36,529 nt of DNA from positions 1-36,529 of the IMG/VR virus record IMGVR_UViG_3300009507_003420; one strand, 5' to 3'. The notes under the pieces were generated by a model that saw only the letters and a program-made list of their open reading frames with translations, was not told the DNA's origin and ran no database searches. Source of the stretch: a virus. Lineage: Duplodnaviria > Caudoviricetes. Made by a program: the position numbers and the translations under genes. Positions 1 to 9,047 of this stretch are shown one piece after another. How positions within the stretch are numbered: the first letter of the stretch is position 1; the number at the start of each line of letters is the position of its first letter.

Positions 1-992
1 AAGGACGTGATCCTAAGTTATATAACATTGCCGCTGATTATATTGTTAATAATCTATTAGTACGTGATCGTATTGGTGAAAAACCCAGCTTCATTGATTG
101 TTACCAAGACTTTAAATATGACACTTGGACTAGTGAAGAAGTATATGATGATATTTATGAACAAGCAAAACAAAACGGACAAGACTTTTTAGACCAACTT
201 GGAGAAATGTTAGACGAACATCTTGACGGATTAGGTAGCGATGACAGCAATGCTGAAGGTGATGCTGGTGAAGAAAAAGATAGCAAAGGTAATAAAGTAA
301 GTAAGAAAAAACCTAAATTTTCTAAAGAAGAAATGCGTAAGATCAAAGACGAAGTCAAAGAGAGTATGCTTAGTGCCGCACAAGCCGCAGGCGCAGGTAA
401 CACTCCTGCTGAAGTACAACGTATGATTAAAGATCTTACTGAACCTAAAATGAACTGGCGTGAAATTATTCGACAGCAGATTCAATCTACTATTAAACAT
501 GATTTTACTTTTAGTCGTCCGTCACGTAAAGGCTGGCACACTGGTGCTATTCTTCCTGGTATGAATTTTGATGATGAAATTGATATCTGTGTAGGACTAG
601 ATATGAGTGGATCAATTGGTGATGATCAAGCAAAAGATTTCCTAAGCGAAGTCAAAGGAATTATGGAAGAATTTAAATCTTATAATATTAAATTATGGTG
701 CTTTGATACAAAGGTATATAACGAACAAGATTTTAGTGCAGATGGCGGACAAGACTTGCTTGATTATGAGATCATTGGCGGCGGAGGTACTGACTTTGAT
801 GTTAACTGGTCTTACATGAAAGAAAATGATATACAGCCTAAAAAGTTTATTATGTTTACAGATGGTTATCCGTGGAGTAGTTGGGGTGATCCGGACTACT
901 GTGAAACTGTTTTTATTATACACGGTCATCGAGATAAGGATTTAGAAGCGCCATTTGGCATAACAGCACATTATGAACAAAACGTTGCATAA
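1..992 (+). CDS. DUF2201-type putative metallopeptidase + C-terminal VWA domain protein (5'-truncated by window)
   Basis: The frame is open from base 3 (GRDPKLYNIAADYIVNN..., a DUF2201_N-like motif) into the listed 207 ORF. It has a MIDAS motif LDMSGS, plus GGGGTDF and FTDGY, typical of DUF2201/VWA proteins that usually follow a MoxR-like AAA ATPase. Confidence 0.85.
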   Translation, partial: GRDPKLYNIAADYIVNNLLVRDRIGEKPSFIDCYQDFKYDTWTSEEVYDDIYEQAKQNGQDFLDQLGEMLDEHLDGLGSDDSNAEGDAGEEKDSKGNKVSKKKPKFSKEEMRKIKDEVKESMLSAAQAAGAGNTPAEVQRMIKDLTEPKMNWREIIRQQIQSTIKHDFTFSRPSRKGWHTGAILPGMNFDDEIDICVGLDMSGSIGDDQAKDFLSEVKGIMEEFKSYNIKLWCFDTKVYNEQDFSADGGQDLLDYEIIGGGGTDFDVNWSYMKENDIQPKKFIMFTDGYPWSSWGDPDYCETVFIIHGHRDKDLEAPFGITAHYEQNVA

Positions 993-1263
993 ATTTAAAG
1001 AACCAAATCCACTAAATTTGTTCGGAATTAGGCAGTTAAAAGTGCCTAGCCCCCATTGCGATTATATTAAAATACCACTTCGTTATAACTTAGAACGTAG
1101 TATACAAAAATGGATCGATGATAACCTAAAAGGGCGATATTATATTGGTACTACTGTAGCAATTACAGATGGCAGTGCCGAAACTGTATGTAAAATTGGA
1201 TTTGAAGATACTAAAGAACTTTCGTATTTCACTTTGGCATGCCCACTTTTAAAATACAAGTAA
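973..1263 (+). CDS. hypothetical phage protein (96 aa)
   Basis: ORF overlaps the VWA stop, as in translational coupling; no motif recognised. Confidence 0.7.
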   Translation: MNKTLHKFKEPNPLNLFGIRQLKVPSPHCDYIKIPLRYNLERSIQKWIDDNLKGRYYIGTTVAITDGSAETVCKIGFEDTKELSYFTLACPLLKYK

Positions 1264-1266
1264 ATA
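1261..1266 (+). promoter_or_regulatory. possible late-promoter core TAAATA
   Basis: TAAATA overlaps the stop of the 973 ORF, upstream of RBS AGGAGA and the 1301 ATG. Same arrangement as other motifs in the window. Confidence 0.45.
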
Positions 1267-1300
1267 TATGCGTAGTTTATATAAACACAGGAGACAATAA

Positions 1301-1555
1301 ATGAGCGAAGATAAAAAGAACGCTGACGCAACAGAAGCTCAGGCTCAAGCGCCGGCACAAGAAAACGCCACAGAACTTACTATTACTGATCTTAATGCAC
1401 TAAAGCAGATCATTGATGTAGCAAGCCAACGTGGTGCATTCAAACCAAACGAAATGATGACTGTTGGGTCAACATATAACAAACTAGAAACGTTCCTATC
1501 AGCGGTAGCTGCACAACAACCAGCACCTGCACCAGATGGAACAAAAGGAGAATAA
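1301..1555 (+). CDS. hypothetical phage protein (84 aa, Ala/Gln/Pro-rich termini, helical core)
   Basis: Strong RBS (AGGAGA) before the ATG; core LTITDLNALKQIIDVASQRGAFKPNEM. Confidence 0.8.
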   Translation: MSEDKKNADATEAQAQAPAQENATELTITDLNALKQIIDVASQRGAFKPNEMMTVGSTYNKLETFLSAVAAQQPAPAPDGTKGE

Positions 1556-1556
1556 T

Positions 1557-2165
1557 ATGGCCGCATTAAAACATGTCGGAAGAGTAGTAAAAACTAAGAA
1601 AAAATGTGCAGTAGCATATAGAGTGTTACCAGGTGATCCTGATAACTGCTTGGTAGTATTTACAGAATCATTGGATGCAGCTGATCACGATTCTTTAATT
1701 AATTTGATTGAATCTAATGCTGGACAAACAGCTGATGAATTTGCAGATGCTATGGCTAGATCATCTTTATCAGATGGTAGAAATATGTTAGCTGGTTTTC
1801 ATAAAACTGGTAAACTTACTAAAGTAGCAACAAATTTAATTGAAATGACTCCAAATAATAATACGTCATTACCATTAGATGAACTTAATAAAACTATTGC
1901 AGAGCAAAAAGGTGTTACAGTAAATGACCTTGCTATGAAAGATCCACAAGGAGCAACTATTGCAGAAGTAAAAGATGCACCTGTAGCTGATCCAGCAGCA
2001 TCATATACAGCACCTGCAACACCCGATGTCTTAACTGATGAGGCACTTGCGGCACAATATCGTTCGCAAGCAGATTCTTTGTTTAAAGAAGCAAAGACTC
2101 TTAGAGAGCAAGCAGAAGAACTTGTTCCTACAAAGCGTAAGTCAAAGACAACGGCGGATGGCTAA
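1557..2165 (+). CDS. hypothetical phage protein (MAALKHVGR...)
   Basis: AAGGAGA RBS precedes the ATG at 1557, preferred over the track's 1536 start. C-terminal coiled coil and basic tail. Confidence 0.8.
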   Translation: MAALKHVGRVVKTKKKCAVAYRVLPGDPDNCLVVFTESLDAADHDSLINLIESNAGQTADEFADAMARSSLSDGRNMLAGFHKTGKLTKVATNLIEMTPNNNTSLPLDELNKTIAEQKGVTVNDLAMKDPQGATIAEVKDAPVADPAASYTAPATPDVLTDEALAAQYRSQADSLFKEAKTLREQAEELVPTKRKSKTTADG

Positions 2166-2469
2166 TAAAGGCAAGCTACCCTCTGATATCGTTAATGCTT
2201 GGCCAGAAATATTTAAAGATATTACTATCGATGTAGTACCTATTGAATATCTACATAGTGTTAAGATATATTTCAACGACGGAAAAATATGGGAAATTGA
2301 CGTAAAAAAGTCTAGATCTAAGCCTACTTTAGATATTGAAACCGCTTTAGAAGATTTATTTGCCGAATACGAAAGTAGCATTAAAAACATAGATTTTAGG
2401 CTAGATACACATAAAGTCAAAAGAGATATTAAGAAGCGTACTCAAATATTTATGAAGAAAAGAAAGTAA
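2158..2469 (+). CDS. hypothetical phage protein (MANKGKLPSDIVNAWPEIF...)
   Basis: The ATG at 2158 overlaps the upstream stop; the track's 2038 start overlaps the preceding gene too far. Confidence 0.75.
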   Translation: MANKGKLPSDIVNAWPEIFKDITIDVVPIEYLHSVKIYFNDGKIWEIDVKKSRSKPTLDIETALEDLFAEYESSIKNIDFRLDTHKVKRDIKKRTQIFMKKRK

Positions 2470-2474
2470 TCGGC

Positions 2475-2491
2475 ATAAATACATGTAACAA
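2475..2491 (+). promoter_or_regulatory. T4-like late promoter motif ATAAATACATGTAACAA
   Basis: ATAAATA in a short intergenic gap upstream of the AGGAG RBS of a structural gene; 16/17 identical to the motif at 30922-30938 (-). Confidence 0.7.
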
Positions 2492-2509
2492 ACACTCAGG
2501 AGTTAATAG

Positions 2510-3715
2510 ATGGCATTACAAGTTAGAAGAGGTACCAATGCAGAAAGATTAGGTATCACACCTGCAGAAGGTGAATTAATATTCACAACAGACACTAAAC
2601 AATTATACGTTGGTGACGGAACTACAGCAGGTGGAATAACATCTATTGCTGGTACTATTGACTCACTTTTAGCTGATTCTACTCCACAACTAGGCGGCAC
2701 ACTAGACTTAAACAACCACGACATTACCGGTACAGGTAATATTAACATTATAGGTACTATACAAGCATCAGGAAATATTAACCTAGGTGACGGTGTTGGC
2801 AGTGATGTAATTAATATAGGTGGTGTAATGTCAGGTGATTTAGTTCCTAATGCTGATGCAACACACGATTTAGGTTCTACTACAGCGTATTGGAAAGAAG
2901 CATTTATTTCTCAATTAACAGTTGATAGCCAGATCACAGCTGAAAGAGTACAAGCAGATATTATTGCAGATGATAGCACTGTTGTATTCAATGCTGCAAC
3001 AGGACAAATTGCTGCTGCACAACTTGTAGGAACATTTACAGGAAATGTAGTAGGAGACACCAGAGGAAATCACATAGGTACAGTTGACGGTGATCTTACA
3101 GGTAGTGTTTTTGCTGATGATAGTACACCATTAATTGATGCTGTTACCAGTTCAATTGTTGGTAATATTGACACATTAAGATATGTAGGAGTAACAACAA
3201 GTGGAAACAATGCAGGCTTAGTTGTAACTGGTATAGCAGGTGATTCTTCAACAGGACCTAAATTAGAGATTAAATCTTCAAACGGTACAACGGCAAATCC
3301 AACAGTAAGTGTTGGTGGTACCACAGGTGACGGACTTGCAGACATACATGGTCTAGGCTTTGACGGAGCAGCATATAAACTTGCAGCTTTAATGAGAGTT
3401 GCAGTTGATCTAGATACTACTGTAGCGCCTAATGTTGTTCCAGGTAGAATAAATTTTGTTACAGCAGACAGTACAGGAAATTTAGCAAACCTACTTACAT
3501 TTAACAGTAGAGGTAAGTTAGGTATTGGATTACCTAGACCAGATGAAAAACTTCATGTCAATGGTAATGCTAAAGTAGCTGGCTTTGTACAGTTTGGTTC
3601 TCTTACAACCGTAGAACGCGATGACCTTACAGCAGTTAACGGTATGGTTATCTACAACGAAACTGATGAAAAGTTCCAAGGTTACGAAAACGGTGCTTGG
3701 ACTAATTTAATTTAA
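2510..3715 (+). CDS. tail fibre / virion fibre protein with Mtd_N-like N-terminal domain
   Basis: N-terminus MALQVRRGTNAER...PAEGELIFTTDTKQLYVGDG (Mtd_N/hyaluronidase-N type), DSTPQLGG motif, ADDST repeats, Gly/Thr-rich beta repeats, GIG..P.EKLHVNG, and C-terminal GMVIYNET..KFQGYENGAW. Confidence 0.85.
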   Translation: MALQVRRGTNAERLGITPAEGELIFTTDTKQLYVGDGTTAGGITSIAGTIDSLLADSTPQLGGTLDLNNHDITGTGNINIIGTIQASGNINLGDGVGSDVINIGGVMSGDLVPNADATHDLGSTTAYWKEAFISQLTVDSQITAERVQADIIADDSTVVFNAATGQIAAAQLVGTFTGNVVGDTRGNHIGTVDGDLTGSVFADDSTPLIDAVTSSIVGNIDTLRYVGVTTSGNNAGLVVTGIAGDSSTGPKLEIKSSNGTTANPTVSVGGTTGDGLADIHGLGFDGAAYKLAALMRVAVDLDTTVAPNVVPGRINFVTADSTGNLANLLTFNSRGKLGIGLPRPDEKLHVNGNAKVAGFVQFGSLTTVERDDLTAVNGMVIYNETDEKFQGYENGAWTNLI

Positions 3716-4685
3716 ACTTAGTAATCATTATTTCATCAAGAGTACTACAAACTTCTTTATTACAGATAGTCCATTCTTCTTTAAATAGATCTATTTCTTT
3801 TTCAAATATGTTACCAATAATGCCTGTAGCAGCACAAGTTCCATACTTTACATTTCCGTTAGCTTCTATTAATATTTTCTTGTTTGTAATGCCGCACTTC
3901 CAGCCTTGAAATTTGTTAATCCTTTGTTGTAGAAAATCTATAGCATTTGTTTCAATTGTATCATTTATTGTAAAATTTAAATAAGATGGAGTTTTTTGTT
4001 CTAATGTTTCTATAAATTCTAGTTCTTGTTTAGTATAATAGTTTAAATCACCGTTATCTAATTTTTGACGATACCCTTTTAATTCTCTACTAGATTCAAA
4101 TGTTTGATTAGTAATTTTTGTTGTTTTATTATATAGAGGATTTACCGGAATCTTATATATAGGTGTATCTTTTAGTTTCTTTTCAAGTTCAAATATCTTA
4201 TCGAATAAACCTTGTGCTAACATTGCCCTCACTTCAACGTTACCGTCATTGTCTTTAATCATGTTAACAAAGTCTACTATTTTATCTACATCAGCACTTT
4301 CAGGATGAAAACTAATTTTAATATTAATGTTTTTAAATGATTCTTTACTATAGTCGTATACCCGCAAAGGTAAACTACCGTTAGTAAAGATAGCAACACG
4401 CATTTTATTTTCGCCCATCCAATTAAGCCATTTATGTACATCTTTGACTAAGAATGGCTCGCCGCCTGTTATATAAACTAATACAGACTTGTTAGTAGGA
4501 ACAGCATCTCTAATTTTTTTTGATGCCGCAATTAACCTATTAACATCTGGTAATTTTGCTTTATTAATTGCAAGATGATTGCTCGGATCGCAATAACTAC
4601 AGTCGTAGTTACACATATCCGTAGGACGCCAATGTACAATATAGTCTTCGTACCAATCAGTTTTTTCTATTTTTGATATATTCAT
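3702..4685 (-). CDS. radical SAM enzyme with C-terminal SPASM/Twitch-like domain
   Basis: CNYDCSYC (CxxxCxxC), TGGEP, TNGS and ISFHPE motifs; C-terminal GWKC...GNVKYGTC...IGNIF...ICNKEVC. Confidence 0.9.
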   Translation of the reverse strand: MNISKIEKTDWYEDYIVHWRPTDMCNYDCSYCDPSNHLAINKAKLPDVNRLIAASKKIRDAVPTNKSVLVYITGGEPFLVKDVHKWLNWMGENKMRVAIFTNGSLPLRVYDYSKESFKNINIKISFHPESADVDKIVDFVNMIKDNDGNVEVRAMLAQGLFDKIFELEKKLKDTPIYKIPVNPLYNKTTKITNQTFESSRELKGYRQKLDNGDLNYYTKQELEFIETLEQKTPSYLNFTINDTIETNAIDFLQQRINKFQGWKCGITNKKILIEANGNVKYGTCAATGIIGNIFEKEIDLFKEEWTICNKEVCSTLDEIMITKFKLN

Positions 4686-5826
4686 TTAACAACTCCTTTC
4701 TGTTAATTTTTCCTTGGCCTTTGCGGTTAATAGCATCTACTTGATAAAACTTTATAGGAATTTTGTATTCAACTAGTTTAGACTGTAGGATATCCATGTC
4801 TACTTCGCCAACTACTTCAGCATAAACTTTGTCATAACCAAATACAACAGCATCACTAGCACCTGACTCAAGTAGTGCCTTTTCTACTTCATAAGGCATA
4901 ATTTTCCAGCCTCCTGCTATAATTGTTTCCTTTTTACGTCCTGTAACAAATAAGAATCCGTCTTTATCTATATGTCCAAGATCACCTGTAGCAAAACCAT
5001 TAGCAATAATTTCATTATCTTCTGCTATGGTTACGTCCATTTTATCTAGTACAAAACCTACACTTCCATGTTTTTGAGGATAGTGCATGATACTAATTGT
5101 GCCTAGTTCATTTACACCATAACTGTCTGTTGTGATACAATTAAAGTAACTTGTAGCACGTTCTTTTAATTCTCTATACATAGGCGCACCTACTGTTCTT
5201 ATATGGCGTATACTCATATTGTCGTAAGGCACAGTAGGATTCATCATTGCCTTGAGTACGTTTGGACTGCCTACTACAAATGTAGGATTAACACTAGGCC
5301 ATGTTTTCCATGGTTGCTCTAATACATGGTATGTACATCCGTATTTGTAACATATACAAAACGTTTGAAAACCTATACATACCCAATAGGGTATAAAATT
5401 TACGGTGCTGTCATTTGTACCAAGATTAGCATGTATTTGTATATTATTGTCTAGTCCATCTATGTTATATTGTTTTTCTGTAATAGGTACTATACGTGGT
5501 TCATCAGTGCTTCCACTGCTACAAATACCCACTACTTCATCTGTAGAACATTGATTATATCTTGGTTTAGGTAAATCATCTACCCATATATCAATGTCGT
5601 AAAAATTCTTTTCAAAGTCTTTAAACTGGTTATCTACAATGACTGGGCTACAAACTTTCATAGCACCAAATATTTTAAAAATATTAGTCCAGTCACTGTA
5701 AACACCAATACGGCAAGTTTTATCATAACCTGCTTGTCTAAGCTGTTCAGCGTATGTTTCTGCTATACTATCAAATTCGTCTTTGGTATATGCTTTACCA
5801 TTTTCAAATTTAAGTATGTATGACAT
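4657..5826 (-). CDS. AMP-binding (ANL superfamily) acyl-CoA synthetase-like enzyme, compact 389 aa
   Basis: A3-like SSGSTDEPR, A5 YGVNE, A7 ATGDLG, A8 GRKKETIIAGGWKI and A10 GKINRKEL. Confidence 0.85.
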   Translation of the reverse strand: MSYILKFENGKAYTKDEFDSIAETYAEQLRQAGYDKTCRIGVYSDWTNIFKIFGAMKVCSPVIVDNQFKDFEKNFYDIDIWVDDLPKPRYNQCSTDEVVGICSSGSTDEPRIVPITEKQYNIDGLDNNIQIHANLGTNDSTVNFIPYWVCIGFQTFCICYKYGCTYHVLEQPWKTWPSVNPTFVVGSPNVLKAMMNPTVPYDNMSIRHIRTVGAPMYRELKERATSYFNCITTDSYGVNELGTISIMHYPQKHGSVGFVLDKMDVTIAEDNEIIANGFATGDLGHIDKDGFLFVTGRKKETIIAGGWKIMPYEVEKALLESGASDAVVFGYDKVYAEVVGEVDMDILQSKLVEYKIPIKFYQVDAINRKGQGKINRKELLNEYIKNRKN

Positions 5827-6493
5827 TCTTGATATCCTCGTAAATCAAGTTAAGATAGTGCCACCTCATATCTTCGTTAGACTTTAATATAGTCCATTGA
5901 TTTGTATGACCGTAAGTTACAGCCATGTACATATGATTAGGTTTTACACTTCTAAATTCTTCTTCACTCATACACTTACCTATAATGTTGTACCTAACCA
6001 TGTCAAATGATCTTTCTAAGTCAGTGTTCATAAAGGCATGATGAGTGTTAGGCAAGTAGTAGTGTGATAAAGGTGGCTTGACGCATTGTTCTTTAAAAGC
6101 ATTGTATTTTTCTTGGCCTTTGTCTTCCATACCCGAAATGACCCAAGCATTACTGTAATCTTTGTTTATCATATCTTCTGTAAAACCTAGCACACCTGGA
6201 TAGAACAGATAGTTCTTAACAAACTTTTCATGATTAATTATACCAAAAAATCCACCTAAACTAAAACCTATATGGTAGATAGGTTCATCGGGTATTTCTA
6301 TTGTTTCAAACATTTCAACAAAAGACATTTCGTAGTCGTCCGGAAAATCTTCGTGCCAACGTAACATTTTAATATCATATTGTGTAAAGTAATCGTTTAC
6401 AATTACATCAAAACCTTTGTCGCGAAAGAAGTCAGCAGTAAAACGTTCTGCTGACCCTACTCCACCACTACCGTGTGTGATCATTATTTTCAT
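5810..6493 (-). CDS. dienelactone-hydrolase-like alpha/beta hydrolase (Ser nucleophile)
   Basis: HGSGG oxyanion loop, GFSLGG nucleophile elbow, FYPG, SGMED (Asp) and THHAF (His). Confidence 0.8.
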   Translation of the reverse strand: MKIMITHGSGGVGSAERFTADFFRDKGFDVIVNDYFTQYDIKMLRWHEDFPDDYEMSFVEMFETIEIPDEPIYHIGFSLGGFFGIINHEKFVKNYLFYPGVLGFTEDMINKDYSNAWVISGMEDKGQEKYNAFKEQCVKPPLSHYYLPNTHHAFMNTDLERSFDMVRYNIIGKCMSEEEFRSVKPNHMYMAVTYGHTNQWTILKSNEDMRWHYLNLIYEDIKNVIHT

Positions 6494-7533
6494 TTAGATG
6501 CTAGTTCCATTTTAAATACACTTGCAAGACCTAAAGCGTTTGTATTAAAGTATACAAGGTCTTCTAAAGCTGAAACAGTAACAAAACTCATAAGTGTATC
6601 TCTATGAGCATTGCCTTCTGCGCCAATCTTCCATTCGTATTTACCAACCTTCTTTTCTATGATTGCTCTGCTTTGGGCATTTAAAGACATTTCAGTCAAT
6701 GCAGCTTGTAGTTTCTCAGCATTAGGATTACCTTTGTTTACCCATAGTGCTTTTTGCATACCATCTCTAAACGATTTTACTAGTTTGTAAGCATCATAAA
6801 ATTCACCGCTTGGTGCAACACCCCAACGCTGTTCATATAACTTTTCAAACTGAAAGCCAGGGTAGTTTGGATCATCAGCATGTGTTCCATCTGCTTGTAG
6901 TATACCATGATGGAACCAAATTTCTGCATTGTCGTCTGGTGCTACATGCTTTTTATATGCCGCTGGATTTTCTCTTGTACCAGTAAGTTCTCCACGTCTA
7001 AATGCAAGACGTCTTTCACTACCACTCATACCTTTTACCCATTGTACATTCTTTTTAAAGCATTTTACATACGCATCCATAGACATTTGTGGTCCACAGA
7101 TAAGCATAGTCATTGCGTATGCTTCAGGTGTCTGACCGCTACCTGCTGCAAAACTTGGACTATTCATATCTTCGCCAATGCGTCTGCCCGCAATAATATT
7201 TAAGTTCATAAGTCCTACTGATTCATATTCACCGTAGTTATAGTCAACTTCTTCTTGTAAGAATGCAACGCCATTACCGCCATGTGAAACCATAATAACT
7301 TTGTCGTCATTTCTCATTTCGTTGTGCCAAGCGTTAAAACCTGGAATATCTCTTGCACCTGGAATATGTGTTATATTCACTGGCTCATCTAAATATTTAG
7401 ATAGTTCTTTAGCAACAATTTCTGCCCATACACTTGTTCCACCACCTGGTTTTTGTGGTACAATCATTGTATAATCTGCGTGGGCAACTGTTGCAAACAT
7501 TGCTACCACAATTCCTAATAACATTTTACGCAT
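6490..7533 (-). CDS. tctC: tripartite tricarboxylate transporter substrate-binding protein (TctC/Bug-like)
   Basis: Signal peptide MRKMLLGIVVAMFATVAHA, IVPQKPGGGTSVWA and HIPGA motifs, SGSERRLAFRRGELTG; directly downstream of tctA. Confidence 0.8.
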   Translation of the reverse strand: MRKMLLGIVVAMFATVAHADYTMIVPQKPGGGTSVWAEIVAKELSKYLDEPVNITHIPGARDIPGFNAWHNEMRNDDKVIMVSHGGNGVAFLQEEVDYNYGEYESVGLMNLNIIAGRRIGEDMNSPSFAAGSGQTPEAYAMTMLICGPQMSMDAYVKCFKKNVQWVKGMSGSERRLAFRRGELTGTRENPAAYKKHVAPDDNAEIWFHHGILQADGTHADDPNYPGFQFEKLYEQRWGVAPSGEFYDAYKLVKSFRDGMQKALWVNKGNPNAEKLQAALTEMSLNAQSRAIIEKKVGKYEWKIGAEGNAHRDTLMSFVTVSALEDLVYFNTNALGLASVFKMELASK

Positions 7534-8959
7534 AATTTATTTTCCTTTTTGATGTTAGTCCCCAAACTAGCGTAACAATAATTGAAACACATAATCCGAG
7601 AAAAATGTATCTATCCATCAGTTTATCAACTGTGTACAATCCTGCCATTTGTACCGTTAACGCTTCTATTCTATCTGCTAGAATAAAAGCAAATAGCAGT
7701 GCAGGTCTGCTAAATTTGTATTTCTTTGCTAGTAGTCCTACGATACTACATACTACTAGGATAAAGTAATCTTCCCAACCGCCTGTGTATTGTACACATG
7801 CAAGTACAATAAAGCCCAACAACACTGGGAAGTAGTATTTGTAGGGTATTTGTGCAATTCGTGCTATTAATGGTGTCGTAAACAAGCATATAGCGCCTAC
7901 AAGCACTGTTGCGAGCATAAACCCGTATAACATACTATCGAAGAATTTAGCGTCATTTGCAAGTTCTAAGGTACCTAATTCAAAGTCCAAATATGCAAAT
8001 AATCCAATTACAATAGCCGCAAAACTTGCTCCTGGTATTCCAAATAATACTGTAGGAATCATTGATGTTGCCTTTTGTGCATTGTTGGCTCCTTCAGGTC
8101 CTATCACTCCTTTGATATTACCGTTACCAAATTTTTCTTTAGGATGACTTGCAACTGTAGAACTATAAGCCATCCAGTCTGCAACTGTACCTCCTAGTCC
8201 TGGTAACAATCCTATAAAGGCTCCAATGAATCCGCCTCGCATAGCGTCCCACTTATTATGCCATACAGCCATTATACCTTGTTTAGTTTGTACACCATTT
8301 GCAAGTACTACCATGCTTGTGTTTGTTCTTTGCTTCAATCCATCAAGTAGCTCTGGTATTGCAAATAGACCTGCAACCAAAGGCATAAGTTGTACACCGT
8401 CTCCAAGATACTCCCAGCCACCGGTCCATCTATCTGCATTGGTACTAGGATCAACCCCAATCAATCCTACAAACAATCCTATACATAGTGCTAACAAACT
8501 TCTAAACCAAAATTTGTTTGTTACAAAAGTTACACATACCATGGCTAACATTGTGAATGCCCATAGTTCAGGCACACCAAAAATCATTATTAGTTGTGTG
8601 TAATATGGTAACAGAAAGAATGTAAGCGAGCCCCATAATAATCCATTAAGTGTGCTTGTAGTAACAGCAGCACTAATTGTATATGTTGCTTGTCCTTGCA
8701 ATGCTAACGGAAATCCGTCTATCATTGTAGCAGCCGCACTATTAGCACCAGGTATTCCTAGTAACACACCTGTGTAAGTATCTCCTGTTGTACTAGCAGC
8801 AACAACTGCCATTACAAATATCACTGCTAGATACGGATCAGGAAACAGTGTAATAAATGAAAACACAAATATTAATCCTGTAGTAGCGCCTGCACCTGGC
8901 AGGATTCCAATTATTAGTCCGTATATTGTTCCTGCAAGTAATGCCAATACTGAAGCCAT
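7526..8959 (-). CDS. tctA: tripartite tricarboxylate transporter large permease TctA
   Basis: Polytopic membrane protein with two repeats of the TctA signatures: GLIIGILPGAGATTG / GAFIGLLPGLGGTVA, LLGIPGANSAAATMIDGFPLA, and GPEGANNA...MIPTVLFGIPG. Confidence 0.92.
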   Translation of the reverse strand: MASVLALLAGTIYGLIIGILPGAGATTGLIFVFSFITLFPDPYLAVIFVMAVVAASTTGDTYTGVLLGIPGANSAAATMIDGFPLALQGQATYTISAAVTTSTLNGLLWGSLTFFLLPYYTQLIMIFGVPELWAFTMLAMVCVTFVTNKFWFRSLLALCIGLFVGLIGVDPSTNADRWTGGWEYLGDGVQLMPLVAGLFAIPELLDGLKQRTNTSMVVLANGVQTKQGIMAVWHNKWDAMRGGFIGAFIGLLPGLGGTVADWMAYSSTVASHPKEKFGNGNIKGVIGPEGANNAQKATSMIPTVLFGIPGASFAAIVIGLFAYLDFELGTLELANDAKFFDSMLYGFMLATVLVGAICLFTTPLIARIAQIPYKYYFPVLLGFIVLACVQYTGGWEDYFILVVCSIVGLLAKKYKFSRPALLFAFILADRIEALTVQMAGLYTVDKLMDRYIFLGLCVSIIVTLVWGLTSKRKINYA

Positions 8960-8972
8960 GCTTTTTTCCTTC

Positions 8973-8990
8973 TATATAATTAATTATATA
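8973..8990. promoter_or_regulatory. perfect 18-bp palindrome TATATAATTAATTATATA between divergent genes; probable bidirectional promoter/operator
   Basis: Self-complementary; gives TATAATTA on both strands (one mismatch to TATAAATA); flanked by TTCCT/AGGAA. Confidence 0.55.
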
Positions 8991-9047
8991 AGGAAGATAC
9001 TTTTTTGAAGAAAAGTGGAATTTTTTTAATAGAAAGTGAAAAAAATT

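Noticed and set aside
1301-1555. RiPP precursor peptide for the radical SAM/nitroreductase enzymes
   Set aside because: It has no leader/core pattern or Cys/Ser-rich core and lies outside the island. No YcaO, RRE or peptidase-transporter was seen.
2510-3715. Diversity-generating retroelement suggested by the Mtd-like N-terminus
   Set aside because: Only the N-terminal anchoring motif is present. I saw no C-type lectin VR, template repeat or reverse transcriptase in the window.
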